Shown: piece after piece, positions 28,471-38,058 of the stretch
How positions within the stretch are numbered: position 1 is the stretch's first letter
Layout of the letters: every line of letters begins with the position of its first letter
Source of the DNA: a virus
Lineage: Duplodnaviria; Caudoviricetes
Length of the DNA: 64,000 bases
Virus record (IMG/VR): IMGVR_UViG_3300035180_001680
Reading direction: 5' to 3' (one strand)
Notes under the pieces: generated by a model
Database searches by the model: none
Seen by the model: the letters and a program-made list of their open reading frames with translations, nothing else
What the model was told of the DNA's origin: nothing
Translations under genes and position numbers: made by a program

Positions 28471-28495
28471 AATAAGGGCTCGAAAGCCCTTATTT
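28470..28495. terminator. bidirectional terminator
   Basis: AAATAAGGGCT cgaa AGCCCTTATTT. Confidence 0.8.
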
Positions 28496-28501
28496 AACTA
28501 A

Positions 28502-28687
28502 TTACAATATTTCAACAGTTGCTCCTGAAAGTTTTCCAATTGATTGTGGTTCTGCAGAATCTGTCATATTAGTTTCAACATCAAAGGTTACCCTAAGGGC
28601 GGTATGTCCTTGGTGAACTCTAATATAATCCGCAATTGCTCTACTAATTTGTTGAGTTGATAATTTTATTAATTTGTCTTCATTCAT
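28502..28687 (-). CDS. hypothetical protein
   Basis: Overlaps the stop of the Tad2-like gene. Confidence 0.55.
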   Translation of the reverse strand: MNEDKLIKLSTQQISRAIADYIRVHQGHTALRVTFDVETNMTDSAEPQSIGKLSGATVEIL

Positions 28688-28954
28688 TTATGTTCTCCAT
28701 GATTTCCCAATTAGTTGCTAATATATCAATTTGAGTTATCGTCCAAGTACTAATAGTTCCAGATGGTGTCCGTACGTCAATGTGCGGAAGATAATCAATT
28801 GTTGTTCCTTCTGGGTAAATTCCTAACAAAGGTGGGCGGTTTACTTGAAAAGTGCTTCCATACACCAAGAATATAAACATTCCAGTTCCCCTCCAAACCT
28901 CTCTTCTTGCTTTTTTCCATCTTTAATTTCTAAAAGTATCTGACTAAAATCCAC
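28680..28954 (-). CDS. DUF2829/Tad2-like protein, joined only by a -1 frameshift
   Basis: GAGGAG RBS, GTG at 28954 gives MDFSQILLEIKDGKK; after A_AAA_AAG the -1 frame gives ARREVWRGTGMFIFLV...STWTITQIDILATNWEI. Confidence 0.75.
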
Positions 28955-29031
28955 ATTTCACTCCTCAATTGTTTATTTAATACAGAAGATTATATTGTAT
29001 AATATAATTAAACATAGTTCAAGAGGAATAG

Positions 29032-29265
29032 ATGAAATATTATGCGGGGATAGGGTCAAGAGAAACACCAACTCAAATGCTTAAAGATATGACAACGTTT
29101 GCTACATTACTCCGTTTAGGGGGATACACATTAAGGAGTGGTGCCGCACCAGGTGCAGATGCAGCAACAGGTGTAGCACCAAACGAATACCGTTCGGGTA
29201 TAGAGGGAACGCATTGTGTTTTGGATATTACTCGAGAAGGTGAAGAGTATATTGTCCATTTTTAG
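29032..29265 (+). pseudogene. truncated SLOG/DprA-like Rossmann protein
   Basis: YAGIGSRETP...LRSGAAPGADAA, then unrelated sequence and TAG. Confidence 0.6.
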
Positions 29266-29498
29266 TTCAAAGTATGGAATGCAAACCGACGTGTTTGGGC
29301 GCCCAGGTTCGAAGTTCAAACTTGGACCTCAAAATATTACCAGAGGTCACGCAGTTATGGTATTTGATTGGCAGAAGAGGCCGGGGGTTGTTTAAAATTA
29401 TTTAACCTTCTGTTGACTTTAGACTAAATAATAGTATGATAAATTATCAAGTGAAGCGACAGACGTTTCATTATCAATAACCAGATAAGGAGCTTATC

Positions 29499-29756
29499 AT
29501 GGAAAAACAAAATAAAGTTACACCTCAGTTTGTTGAATTTCTTAGACGCACAGTAGAACAAAAGCGTTTAGACGCTGGTTATAGTGGTTCATGGGGTGAC
29601 AATGGAGCTAGTGATTTAGAAGTTCAAATCGAAATCTATTTTCATGGAATGGTAAATAGTTTCCCGCATCAATGGGACGACTACTATAAAGCATACATGA
29701 AAGAAACAGACCCAGAATATGAGAAATATTTGGAATTGAAAGAAAGATTTGAGTAG
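29499..29756 (+). CDS. hypothetical protein
   Basis: TAAGGAG RBS. Confidence 0.7.
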   Translation: MEKQNKVTPQFVEFLRRTVEQKRLDAGYSGSWGDNGASDLEVQIEIYFHGMVNSFPHQWDDYYKAYMKETDPEYEKYLELKERFE

Positions 29757-29838
29757 TTGATTTTTTGAAGTAACTGCAGTAACGTAATAAAAATTGATTC
29801 GATAGACGAATCAATCAATCTTTGATAAGGAGTTTATC

Positions 29839-31299
29839 ATGTTGGAACTTGTAAAACCATTTAATTTCATTCTTGCTGTCGATTCGTATAAAGCTGGTCA
29901 CTATCTTGAACTTCCTCCGGAAACTGAATACACTTATTCAGCAATTGTTCCACGTAAATCAAGTAGTTACGCTACAGAAATTGTTGCGATGGGTCAAACA
30001 TTCGTAGCTAACATTCTGGCTAAGGTTCGCATTACGATGGATATGATCGATGAAGCAGAAATTGAAATCACTGAACAGGGGTATCGTTTTAACCGTCGGG
30101 ATTGGGAGATGATTGTTCAAGAGTTTGACGGTCGCCTTCCAATTGCAATGTATGCAGTTGAGGAAGGGCGAGTAGTTAAACCTCAAACTCCTGTAATGGG
30201 GTTGGTTAACACCCATCCACGGTTTGCTTGGCTTCCTGCTTATGTTGAAAGTTGGGTTCAAGGAACCGTGTGGAAGATGTCCACTGTTGCATCGATCTGC
30301 CGCCGTGCACGACAAATTTTTAAAGATCGTATGGAACGAACAGGTTCCAATATGGCGATGTTAGATTACAAACTTCACAATTTCGGTGACCGAGCAGCTG
30401 GTTCTCCAGAAGAAGCTGTGGTTATTGCTGGTATTGCACATGCTACATCTTTTAGTGGTAGTGACAGTCTACGAACCAATAGTTATATTAAAAAACTATA
30501 TCGTACATCAAAGGCGTATTTGTCTTCTGTTGAAGCGTTTGAACACAGTACAATTTGTGCAAACTCTAATGCAGAAACAAAAGATGACTTCGGGGCTGCA
30601 GTTGTAGCTGTGGAACGCTTGAAAGATGTGGTCAATACTGCCAAAAACGGAATTGGTATTCCTGTGGTAAGTGTGGTCATTGACACATACGATGATGAAC
30701 GGTTTGTTGGTGAGTACCTTGGAACAATTCTCAAAGACGAGATTGTCAATAGTGGTGGAATGATGGTTGTGCGTCCTGACAGTGGAGATCCAACCGTCCA
30801 ACCCGGAATCATCGGAAATATATTGGCAGAAAAATTTGGTTATACTGTAAACGAGGCTGGATACAAAGTTCTTTCTCCGACAGTTGGTGTTCTTCAAGGT
30901 GATGGTATTCGAATCAGTACTCTAGAGAGTGTGATCGACGGATGGATCGCCGCTGGTTTCAGTGTTGATAACTTTCTCACTGGAATGGGAAGTGGAACCA
31001 CGAACGACTGCCAACGCGATGACTTCAGTTGGAGTATGAAGGCTATTGCAAATCAGGTGAATGGAACTTGGCATCGATTACTCAAAGATCCGAAAACTGA
31101 CTCTGGTAAAAAATCTCTTTCGGGTTTGATTCGTTGTCGTGAAAACGAGAAGGGTGAATTGGAAGTGTTTGATGCTCTAATCGAAGGTATTCACAGGTTT
31201 GAACATTCAGAGCCAGGTTGGAGACTTTGGTCGAGGGACGGATATCAGACGTTCAGTCAAAGTTTTGATGAGGTCCGAGCACGTGCTCAGGTTGATTAA
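29839..31299 (+). CDS. nadV: nicotinamide phosphoribosyltransferase (NAMPT)
   Basis: DSYKAGH, LHNFGDR, FSGSDS, FEHS, VRPDSGDP, QGDGI, KDPKTDSGKKS. Confidence 0.9.
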   Translation: MLELVKPFNFILAVDSYKAGHYLELPPETEYTYSAIVPRKSSSYATEIVAMGQTFVANILAKVRITMDMIDEAEIEITEQGYRFNRRDWEMIVQEFDGRLPIAMYAVEEGRVVKPQTPVMGLVNTHPRFAWLPAYVESWVQGTVWKMSTVASICRRARQIFKDRMERTGSNMAMLDYKLHNFGDRAAGSPEEAVVIAGIAHATSFSGSDSLRTNSYIKKLYRTSKAYLSSVEAFEHSTICANSNAETKDDFGAAVVAVERLKDVVNTAKNGIGIPVVSVVIDTYDDERFVGEYLGTILKDEIVNSGGMMVVRPDSGDPTVQPGIIGNILAEKFGYTVNEAGYKVLSPTVGVLQGDGIRISTLESVIDGWIAAGFSVDNFLTGMGSGTTNDCQRDDFSWSMKAIANQVNGTWHRLLKDPKTDSGKKSLSGLIRCRENEKGELEVFDALIEGIHRFEHSEPGWRLWSRDGYQTFSQSFDEVRARAQVD

Positions 31300-31324
31300 A
31301 CAAAAGTAATTTTAACATTTAGGA

Positions 31325-32011
31325 GTGAAAATCATGATGAAAAATATGTTCAATAGCAATAAGTTGATGGATCGTTTCTTTAAGAGAGTTGATAATGTAG
31401 TTTGGGATTTGATGTCCGGAAAAGTGGGCATTCAAACTGCTGACGGTATCGTCACTGTTGACGGCGAAGGTGATGATGCGCAACCGGTACTGAATTTGTT
31501 TGATCAGTTCGGTGTGCCAGTTCCCGCATTTGCACAAAACACACCGATTGACTCGGTTAATGTTGGGGACCTGATTTATAGTGCAAAAGGAACCACAGGT
31601 TGGGTCGTTGAAAAGCTGCCAAAAGGTTTCAAAATTCTCAAGGCTGATGGCACTCGTACGTCGTTTATCCCGCCGAAGGTTGCAATGTTGGGATTCGATT
31701 CAGGTGTGATGGTTCTTCGTAGTCTGATGAATATGCTGCCTGGTGGTAACACTGGACTGCAAGGTATGCAAAGCATGTTGCTTCCCATGATGATGATGGG
31801 TGGGGATGGTATGGACATGGAAAGCATGATGCCGATGATCTTGATGTCGCAAATGGGCGCTGGTGTGACGGCTGCTGATGGAACTACCGCTCCTGCAATG
31901 GGTGGAATGGGACAAATGTTGCCAATGATGATGATGATGGGTATGATGAGCAAGAACAAGGATGGAAGTGGGAAAAACCCGATGAGCAACTTTTTTGACC
32001 GTGACAAGTAA
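31325..32011 (+). CDS. protein with Met/Gly-rich low-complexity C-terminus
   Basis: PMMMMGGDGMDMESMMPMILM...MMMMMGMM; AGGAG RBS. Confidence 0.8.
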   Translation: MKIMMKNMFNSNKLMDRFFKRVDNVVWDLMSGKVGIQTADGIVTVDGEGDDAQPVLNLFDQFGVPVPAFAQNTPIDSVNVGDLIYSAKGTTGWVVEKLPKGFKILKADGTRTSFIPPKVAMLGFDSGVMVLRSLMNMLPGGNTGLQGMQSMLLPMMMMGGDGMDMESMMPMILMSQMGAGVTAADGTTAPAMGGMGQMLPMMMMMGMMSKNKDGSGKNPMSNFFDRDK

Positions 32012-32022
32012 GGAGAACGACT

Positions 32023-32910
32023 ATGGGACGCGGACGATGGGATGAAGATAGTAGGACCGCATACAGGTCTTTTGCAGATACTGCATCTGCAACAAAAAAT
32101 GTGAGGGATGTATACACGAGCCGATCAATCAACAAAGATCTTGATCCTAAGGGTGTGTTGGTTCGCGAAAGTTGTGATAGTGAAGAAAACCCGAAATCCA
32201 GGCCAATCATCATCGGTTTGGATGTGACCGGATCGATGGGTGTAATTGCTCACGAGATGGCGAAAGAGGGTCTTGGAACTTTGATTGAAGGGATCATTGA
32301 CACGAAACCTGTTGAAGATCCACACATCATGTTTATGGCAATTGGTGACGAAATCTATGACTCGTCTCCTCTTCAAGTATCACAGTTTGAGCCCGATATT
32401 CGTATCGTGCAGCAACTGAAGGACATCTTCGTTGAAGGTGGCGGTGGTGGAAATGATGTCGAAGGTTACCACCTCCCTTGGTACTTCGCGGCAACCCGCA
32501 CGAAGATCGACAGCTTTGACAAGCGTGGTGAGAAGGGGTACCTGTTCACGATCGGTGATGAGAATCCTCCGAAGCAACTGGAAAAGCGAAACATTGAACG
32601 AATCTTCGGTATGACTGAACAAGCCGACATCAGTTCGGAAGATCTGTTGGCTCGTGCTGAAGAAAAGTACTTCGTGTTTCACATCATTGTGGAACAAGGA
32701 AACTTTGCCAAGCGTGCCCTGCCTGCAGTGAAGGCTGCTTGGGGTAAGTTGCTCGGAAAGCGCGCCATTTGTCTTTCTGATTACAACCACCTTTCCCAAG
32801 TGATTCTGTCTGCAATGCAAGTATCCGAGGGGGCAGATCCTGAAGAAGTTGTGGCGTCGTGGCAAGATGCTGGTGTTCGTAAAACTGTGAAACACGCGTT
32901 GTTTGATTGA
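32023..32910 (+). CDS. vWA domain protein
   Basis: MIDAS-like LDVTGSMG, GGGGGND.E.Y, FTIGDE. Confidence 0.85.
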   Translation: MGRGRWDEDSRTAYRSFADTASATKNVRDVYTSRSINKDLDPKGVLVRESCDSEENPKSRPIIIGLDVTGSMGVIAHEMAKEGLGTLIEGIIDTKPVEDPHIMFMAIGDEIYDSSPLQVSQFEPDIRIVQQLKDIFVEGGGGGNDVEGYHLPWYFAATRTKIDSFDKRGEKGYLFTIGDENPPKQLEKRNIERIFGMTEQADISSEDLLARAEEKYFVFHIIVEQGNFAKRALPAVKAAWGKLLGKRAICLSDYNHLSQVILSAMQVSEGADPEEVVASWQDAGVRKTVKHALFD

Positions 32911-32933
32911 TTGTTTCATTTATGGTAGTGATC

Positions 32934-32958
32934 AAGAAAGCCGCTTAGCGGCTTTCTT
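32934..32958 (+). terminator. intrinsic terminator
   Basis: AAGAAAGCCGC tta GCGGCTTTCTT. Confidence 0.75.
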
Positions 32959-33025
32959 GTTGACTCTATGTATAGTTCACTGTAGGATTCCCACATCTGT
33001 AACAAATCCAAAGAGAGTTTAACAC

Positions 33026-35548
33026 ATGAAAGCACAGATAGTAATTGGGGCAAATTTCGGAGACGAAGGGAAAGGTGGCACAGTTGATTATCTTGCTTCC
33101 CAAGTTGATAATACGATTGTTGTTCGGTTTAATGGAGGCTCTCAGGCAGGACATTGTCAAACTGGAGATACTTTAATCACAACTCAGTTTGGACTTAAAT
33201 ATATTAAAGATGTTGTGGGAAATATTACTAACAGCGATGTAAGTTTTCCGCTAATTAATATGAACGGAGATATTGAACACACGAGTTGGCTGTTCACCGA
33301 ACACTCAAAACAAGTAAACCGAATAACCCTTCAAAATGGAGTAGTACTTAAAGGGACTCATGCACACAAATACTATGTTTGGAATGGGAATACTGCTCAA
33401 CTTGAGTGGGTTAAAATAGGAGATTTAAACCCAAATGTCCACCAATTTATAGTTCCAAGATATTTCGACCAATATTTGGGTGTTATTCCTAACATTCAGT
33501 ACGTTCAATCAGAAACTGATCATGTTCACAATAAACGAAAGATTGATGTTGATATTATCGATCTTGAATTTTTAGCTTTTTTAACTGGAATTATTAATGG
33601 AGATGGACATTATGCTTCTCATGGAAGCCGAATTTCGATCCAATGTCACATTTCTCAACAGGACACAATTGATTATGTTGTTTCTGCGTTGACACTCATG
33701 AACATTCCTGTAAAAACACAGTCCCATCATTCGAGTGACCAATGTATTACTATTGCGTTTGAGAGTAGTGACCTTATTAACATTTTACGAGACCAATTGG
33801 GGGTTGCAATTACAACTGGTGTTAACAAGTGTACCCCAAAGTTTGTATTACAGGGTACCAGAGGTATAATTCGTAGTTATATACGAGGTTTGTTTGACGC
33901 AGACGGAACTATTAAATTTCATAAACAAAAAACAACCACATATGGTCAAATTGGGTTTTCTAACATATCTTGGGAACTGGTGTCAGAGGTCCAACAATTG
34001 CTGTATTTATTTGGAATTCACTCAAAAGTTATAACAAATAAATTAAATAAAAAGCGGTCAAATTGTCAACGATCGTATGATTTAATTATTGCATCATATG
34101 ATGCTATTGAATTGTTTGCACAAAACATAGGATTCCAGTCTGATATTAAAAACAATAAAGTGGTTGAGTTGTTGGCGTATAAACAAAACGCAAATAGTAA
34201 TTGTAACACCAAAGGATATGTACTTAAAGTCCCCCCAAATATCAAAAAGGCAATATATAAACAACTAAATTGTGTATGTCATGATAGTGAAGGAATCCGA
34301 ACTGGGTTTGTGGTCAACGAAAAGATTGAAAATTTTGAAAATATTGTAAACGTAGCAACGAACTATCATATAATCAATATTGAATCTGTTGACATGAATT
34401 TTAGTATCGAACAGGTATATGATGTTACGATGCCTATAACACATAGTTATATTGCCAATGGATGTATATCTCATAACACAGTAGAAACTCCCGAAGGCCT
34501 TCGTCATGTGTTCCATCATTTTGGATCAGGGACATTAATTGGAAAACCGACATATCTGTCAAGGTTTTTTGTCGTGGACCCAGTTGCTTTCTATTCTGAG
34601 CATAATTCTTTTAATCATAAGGGAATCAAGCCAAAAGTATTTGTTGATGTGAATGCCTATCTTGTAACTCCATTTGATGTAGCAATCAATCAAACTGTTG
34701 AACGCGCTCGTGGAGAACGTAAACATGGAAGTTGTGGGTTTGGAATCAATGAAACTGTTGAGCGCAATACGACTCGAGCATTTCCTGGGTTTGGTACAAC
34801 TGTTGCTGATATTCTTAATCCAGACGAACTTCGTAAGAAATTAAAACAAATTCGAGATGATTATACACAAAGCCGCCTTGAACAACTTGGGGTTGCATGT
34901 GGTGCTCTTGATGAGTTTTATATGTTTGTTGAAGCAATCGAATGGTTCATTGATCGGTGTATGTATATGCTGGAAAACATAACCACAGTTACCAACCCGG
35001 AGTTCCTACACAACTACGATACGGTTGTTTTTGAAGGTGCGCAGGGATTGTTGCTTGATGAATTTCACCACTGGTTTCCTCATGTAACTCGGTCAAGGAC
35101 AGGTGTGTTCAACGCTTGTGAAATTTTGAAAGAGATTGGAGTTCATGAAGCCGAAGTGTTCTATATCACTCGGTCGTACCTGACAAGACACGGAGCAGGG
35201 CCCTTGCCGTTTGAAGTAGATGGACCAATCTATGAAGGAATTATTGATAATACGAACGTTCCCAATGAACACCAAGGAACGTTGCGGTATGCACCACTGA
35301 ACTTTGATTTGTTGGAAGAAAGTATCATCAATGATTTGGAAACAGTGGCAGGTGTTAGATTGAGTCCGAAACTTGTTGTTACGTGCATGAACCAACTTCC
35401 TGAAAAAGTTAAGTATGTAGAAGACGGTGAAGTGGTCACTGGATGTAAATTTGATTTGATTTACAACCTTTCGTCTTTTGGTAAAAAATTTGATTCGGTG
35501 CTGTTGTCGTATAGTCCAACCAGGAATTTAATGTCCAGATTGGTGTAA
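33026..35548 (+). CDS. purA: divergent adenylosuccinate synthetase-family protein, intein-containing
   Basis: GDEGKG, GGSQAGH|T, EGAQG, TRHGAGPL; spliced product about 399 aa. Confidence 0.85.
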   Translation: MKAQIVIGANFGDEGKGGTVDYLASQVDNTIVVRFNGGSQAGHCQTGDTLITTQFGLKYIKDVVGNITNSDVSFPLINMNGDIEHTSWLFTEHSKQVNRITLQNGVVLKGTHAHKYYVWNGNTAQLEWVKIGDLNPNVHQFIVPRYFDQYLGVIPNIQYVQSETDHVHNKRKIDVDIIDLEFLAFLTGIINGDGHYASHGSRISIQCHISQQDTIDYVVSALTLMNIPVKTQSHHSSDQCITIAFESSDLINILRDQLGVAITTGVNKCTPKFVLQGTRGIIRSYIRGLFDADGTIKFHKQKTTTYGQIGFSNISWELVSEVQQLLYLFGIHSKVITNKLNKKRSNCQRSYDLIIASYDAIELFAQNIGFQSDIKNNKVVELLAYKQNANSNCNTKGYVLKVPPNIKKAIYKQLNCVCHDSEGIRTGFVVNEKIENFENIVNVATNYHIINIESVDMNFSIEQVYDVTMPITHSYIANGCISHNTVETPEGLRHVFHHFGSGTLIGKPTYLSRFFVVDPVAFYSEHNSFNHKGIKPKVFVDVNAYLVTPFDVAINQTVERARGERKHGSCGFGINETVERNTTRAFPGFGTTVADILNPDELRKKLKQIRDDYTQSRLEQLGVACGALDEFYMFVEAIEWFIDRCMYMLENITTVTNPEFLHNYDTVVFEGAQGLLLDEFHHWFPHVTRSRTGVFNACEILKEIGVHEAEVFYITRSYLTRHGAGPLPFEVDGPIYEGIIDNTNVPNEHQGTLRYAPLNFDLLEESIINDLETVAGVRLSPKLVVTCMNQLPEKVKYVEDGEVVTGCKFDLIYNLSSFGKKFDSVLLSYSPTRNLMSRLV
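33155..34477 (+). mobile_element. intein with LAGLIDADG homing endonuclease (441 aa)
   Basis: Starts CQTGDT, ends ANGCISHN followed by Thr; internal FLTGIINGDG and YIRGLFDADG. Confidence 0.92.
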
Positions 35549-35550
35549 TC

Positions 35551-35871
35551 ATGAGCAACGTATTGAAATTTCCAACACCAGCGGATATTGTGACCCAACG
35601 TCGGGAAGATGTAAAGACGTTATGTGGATACATTGAGCAATATGCATCCACAATTGACTCCAGTGAAGCCTTCAGAATTTCTACTACTGTAGTAGATGAA
35701 CTGGAAGATCGATATAACAAAATAAGGGGTTGGGAGAACATGACTCTTAGTGAGTCAATTGAGTTGCTTCTTGAATTTCATAAAGAGCTGAAGACAAAAA
35801 TGCTAATCGATTTGCTGACGTTGGAAGTATTGAAGAGCAATGTTCAACGCGTCGTTGCTTCTAAAGAATAG
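35551..35871 (+). CDS. hypothetical protein
   Basis: Abuts the purA stop. Confidence 0.65.
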   Translation: MSNVLKFPTPADIVTQRREDVKTLCGYIEQYASTIDSSEAFRISTTVVDELEDRYNKIRGWENMTLSESIELLLEFHKELKTKMLIDLLTLEVLKSNVQRVVASKE

Positions 35872-35931
35872 TGTAAAAATACTACATCATCTTCTGAGCT
35901 TAAATACCCTTTTACCCACTAAAATTGCATG

Positions 35932-35960
35932 TTGACATAGATATTTTAATAATATATACT
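35932..35960 (+). promoter_or_regulatory. sigma70 promoter of the riboswitch operon
   Basis: TTGACA-17-TATACT. Confidence 0.75.
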
Positions 35961-36012
35961 TGTGTCAGATGTTAGAAATTTAGTTCTGACATTGAACTAA
36001 AAAGAAAAAGAA

Positions 36013-36104
36013 AGTTCTTGTAAAGGGCAAACCAATTCGAAAGATTGGGACGCAAAGTAACCCGGCCTAAAGAGAAATCCATGGCAGCGGAACTACCTGG
36101 AATC
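36013..36104 (+). ncRNA. c-di-GMP-I (GEMM) riboswitch
   Basis: AGGGCAAACCAATTCGAAAGATTGGGACGCAAAG...CCGGCCTAA...GGCAGCGG...TACC matches the GEMM-I consensus with GAAA tetraloop; G at the Vc2 G20 position. Confidence 0.9.
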
Positions 36105-36143
36105 TTCTTAGATGTAACACTAATCTAATTGGAGATCCAAAAA

Positions 36144-36902
36144 ATGAAAAAAACCCTTATTGCTCTTGCTCTTGCTTCAATCTCTACTGCTGCCTTTGCT
36201 ACTGGTTCCGACGCTACTGTTTATGCAAATAGTCAAACGTCTACCTATGCCCAAGCTGGTAATGGTGGTACTTCCCATTCAACTGCTGGCAACTTTGCAG
36301 TTGGCGCTGGCGACACCGATTCTAATGTTCGTCGTGGGATGTTGTCCGTTACCGTTCCCAACTGTAACGTTCCAACCACAGCTACTGTGTTTGGTGATGT
36401 CACTACAGTAACTGGTGAAGCATCCACTATGGGTGGCTCGTTTGCTAAGAACGTTTCTACAGGAAACGGTACTGGTGAAGCCCACGCACTTGGTGTAGCT
36501 GTTTCCGACGTAGCTAAAACACGTAATGGTGTTGGTGGAACTGCAAGCGCGTTGACCAAAACTTGGGCAAATGCCGGAACTGATCAAAGTCACTCGTCTT
36601 TTGCTTCACAAAGCGCCAACTTCGAAGCACAGGGTGCAACTGGTTTGTTGATTGTTACCCACGACGAGACCGCCAGCATCCATCACCACACCGTCACTAT
36701 TCCTCACGTTGACTACGTTGGAGTTGGTGCTGCATCCACTGGTACCTCTGACGTTCCTGCTGCACATCAGGTGTATAGCTTGAGCAACGGTGGTTGCCAC
36801 GGTGGTTGCCAAACTGGTCCAGGTAATGATGATGCTGGTAGCTACACCAATGCGAACGCAACTACACTGACTAACGTTACCTACGGCAACATTCCTCAGT
36901 AA
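36144..36902 (+). CDS. secreted G/A/S/T-rich protein
   Basis: Signal peptide MKKTLIALALASISTAAFA; GGAG RBS directly after the riboswitch. Confidence 0.85.
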   Translation: MKKTLIALALASISTAAFATGSDATVYANSQTSTYAQAGNGGTSHSTAGNFAVGAGDTDSNVRRGMLSVTVPNCNVPTTATVFGDVTTVTGEASTMGGSFAKNVSTGNGTGEAHALGVAVSDVAKTRNGVGGTASALTKTWANAGTDQSHSSFASQSANFEAQGATGLLIVTHDETASIHHHTVTIPHVDYVGVGAASTGTSDVPAAHQVYSLSNGGCHGGCQTGPGNDDAGSYTNANATTLTNVTYGNIPQ

Positions 36903-36976
36903 TAGTTAAGTTGACTGAATTACTATGCGTGGTAACCACGCATAGTACAACAATTCCATCAAAAAGGAAAAAGTAA

Positions 36977-37534
36977 ATGAAAAAAATTGCTCTTATTATC
37001 GTGTTGACAATGTCGATGCCGGTGTTTGCTGCTGGTACAAGTTCGAGTTCTACGTCTGATTCGTATGCGTCGAGTGATGGTAACTCCCAAACCATTATCT
37101 ACAACAACCCGGCCATTCCAACTACAACCACACAGAATGTTAACTACTCTGGTGGAACAACATCTGATGTGAACACAACAGTCAACGGTACCACGACTCA
37201 GAACATTGTCCAGTCAGGAACAACCGGTCAAAACGTGAACTACAGTGGAACACAGACCATTAAAAACGTGCCTTCTGTTGGCGGTCCTGCTCTAACAAGC
37301 TCGAACGACACTTGTATGGGTTCTACTTCTGGTGGTATCGGTGTTGCTGGCTTCGGTTTCAGTCTCGGTTCTACGTGGACTGACAAGAACTGCAAAATGT
37401 TGAAGAACTCTCGTGAACTTTGGAACATGGGTATGCGTGCTGCTTCTATGGCTCGCATGTGCATGGACAGTGAGAATCGCGAGGCGTTGGAACTGACTGG
37501 TTTTACTTGCCCTACCAAAAAAGAAGACAAGTAA
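36977..37534 (+). CDS. secreted protein with T/N-rich repeats and Cys-containing C-terminal domain
   Basis: Signal peptide; QNVNYSG x2; DTCMGS...DKNC...RMC. Confidence 0.85.
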   Translation: MKKIALIIVLTMSMPVFAAGTSSSSTSDSYASSDGNSQTIIYNNPAIPTTTTQNVNYSGGTTSDVNTTVNGTTTQNIVQSGTTGQNVNYSGTQTIKNVPSVGGPALTSSNDTCMGSTSGGIGVAGFGFSLGSTWTDKNCKMLKNSRELWNMGMRAASMARMCMDSENREALELTGFTCPTKKEDK

Positions 37535-37561
37535 TCCATAACCCAACGAAAGGAGAGTAAC

Positions 37562-38002
37562 ATGAAAGTTTTAATTACGACACTACTTGCAGCGGCTTCG
37601 TTCTCTGCCCTGGCAGGAGATTTGGTAATAGAACGTACGCCTCTTGGTTCCGGAACTCCAGGTCTTGAAGGTAGAGAAGCAACATATCTCATGCCAGATG
37701 GAATGCTGTTTGCTCCTCAATATCTTCCTAGCTTTCCAACAGCTGCGGTCATCTGGCCGAGGGTTGTTGAAGTTCAGTGTGAGTTGAAAGATAAAGTCAC
37801 AGTTTGTGACGGATACCAATGGACGCCTAAATTGGGACGTGGTGAATATATTTTCATCGTTCCAGTTAACAAACCAGTTCCTCCTGCTCCGATTATCGTA
37901 ACAAACACGATAGAACGAGTGGTGACAGTTCCGCTACCTGCTCAACCAGTAGTGGCACCTGAGACGCTGCCTCCAGCGCCCGACAAGAAAATTGGTGGTT
38001 AA
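37562..38002 (+). CDS. secreted protein with Pro-rich tail
   Basis: Signal peptide MKVLITTLLAAASFSALA; AAGGAG RBS. Confidence 0.8.
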   Translation: MKVLITTLLAAASFSALAGDLVIERTPLGSGTPGLEGREATYLMPDGMLFAPQYLPSFPTAAVIWPRVVEVQCELKDKVTVCDGYQWTPKLGRGEYIFIVPVNKPVPPAPIIVTNTIERVVTVPLPAQPVVAPETLPPAPDKKIGG

Positions 38003-38004
38003 TG

Positions 38005-38030
38005 AAAATGGGGACTTCGGTCCCCATTTT
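38005..38030 (+). terminator. terminator of the riboswitch operon
   Basis: AAAATGGGGAC ttcg GTCCCCATTTT. Confidence 0.85.
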
Positions 38031-38058
38031 TTATTCTAATACTATAAACTATACACAT

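Noticed and set aside
33026-35548. PurZ / Z-genome
   Set aside because: The P-loop is GDEGKG (PurA-type Asp) rather than the PurZ Ser form; no dATPase or MazZ partner is nearby.
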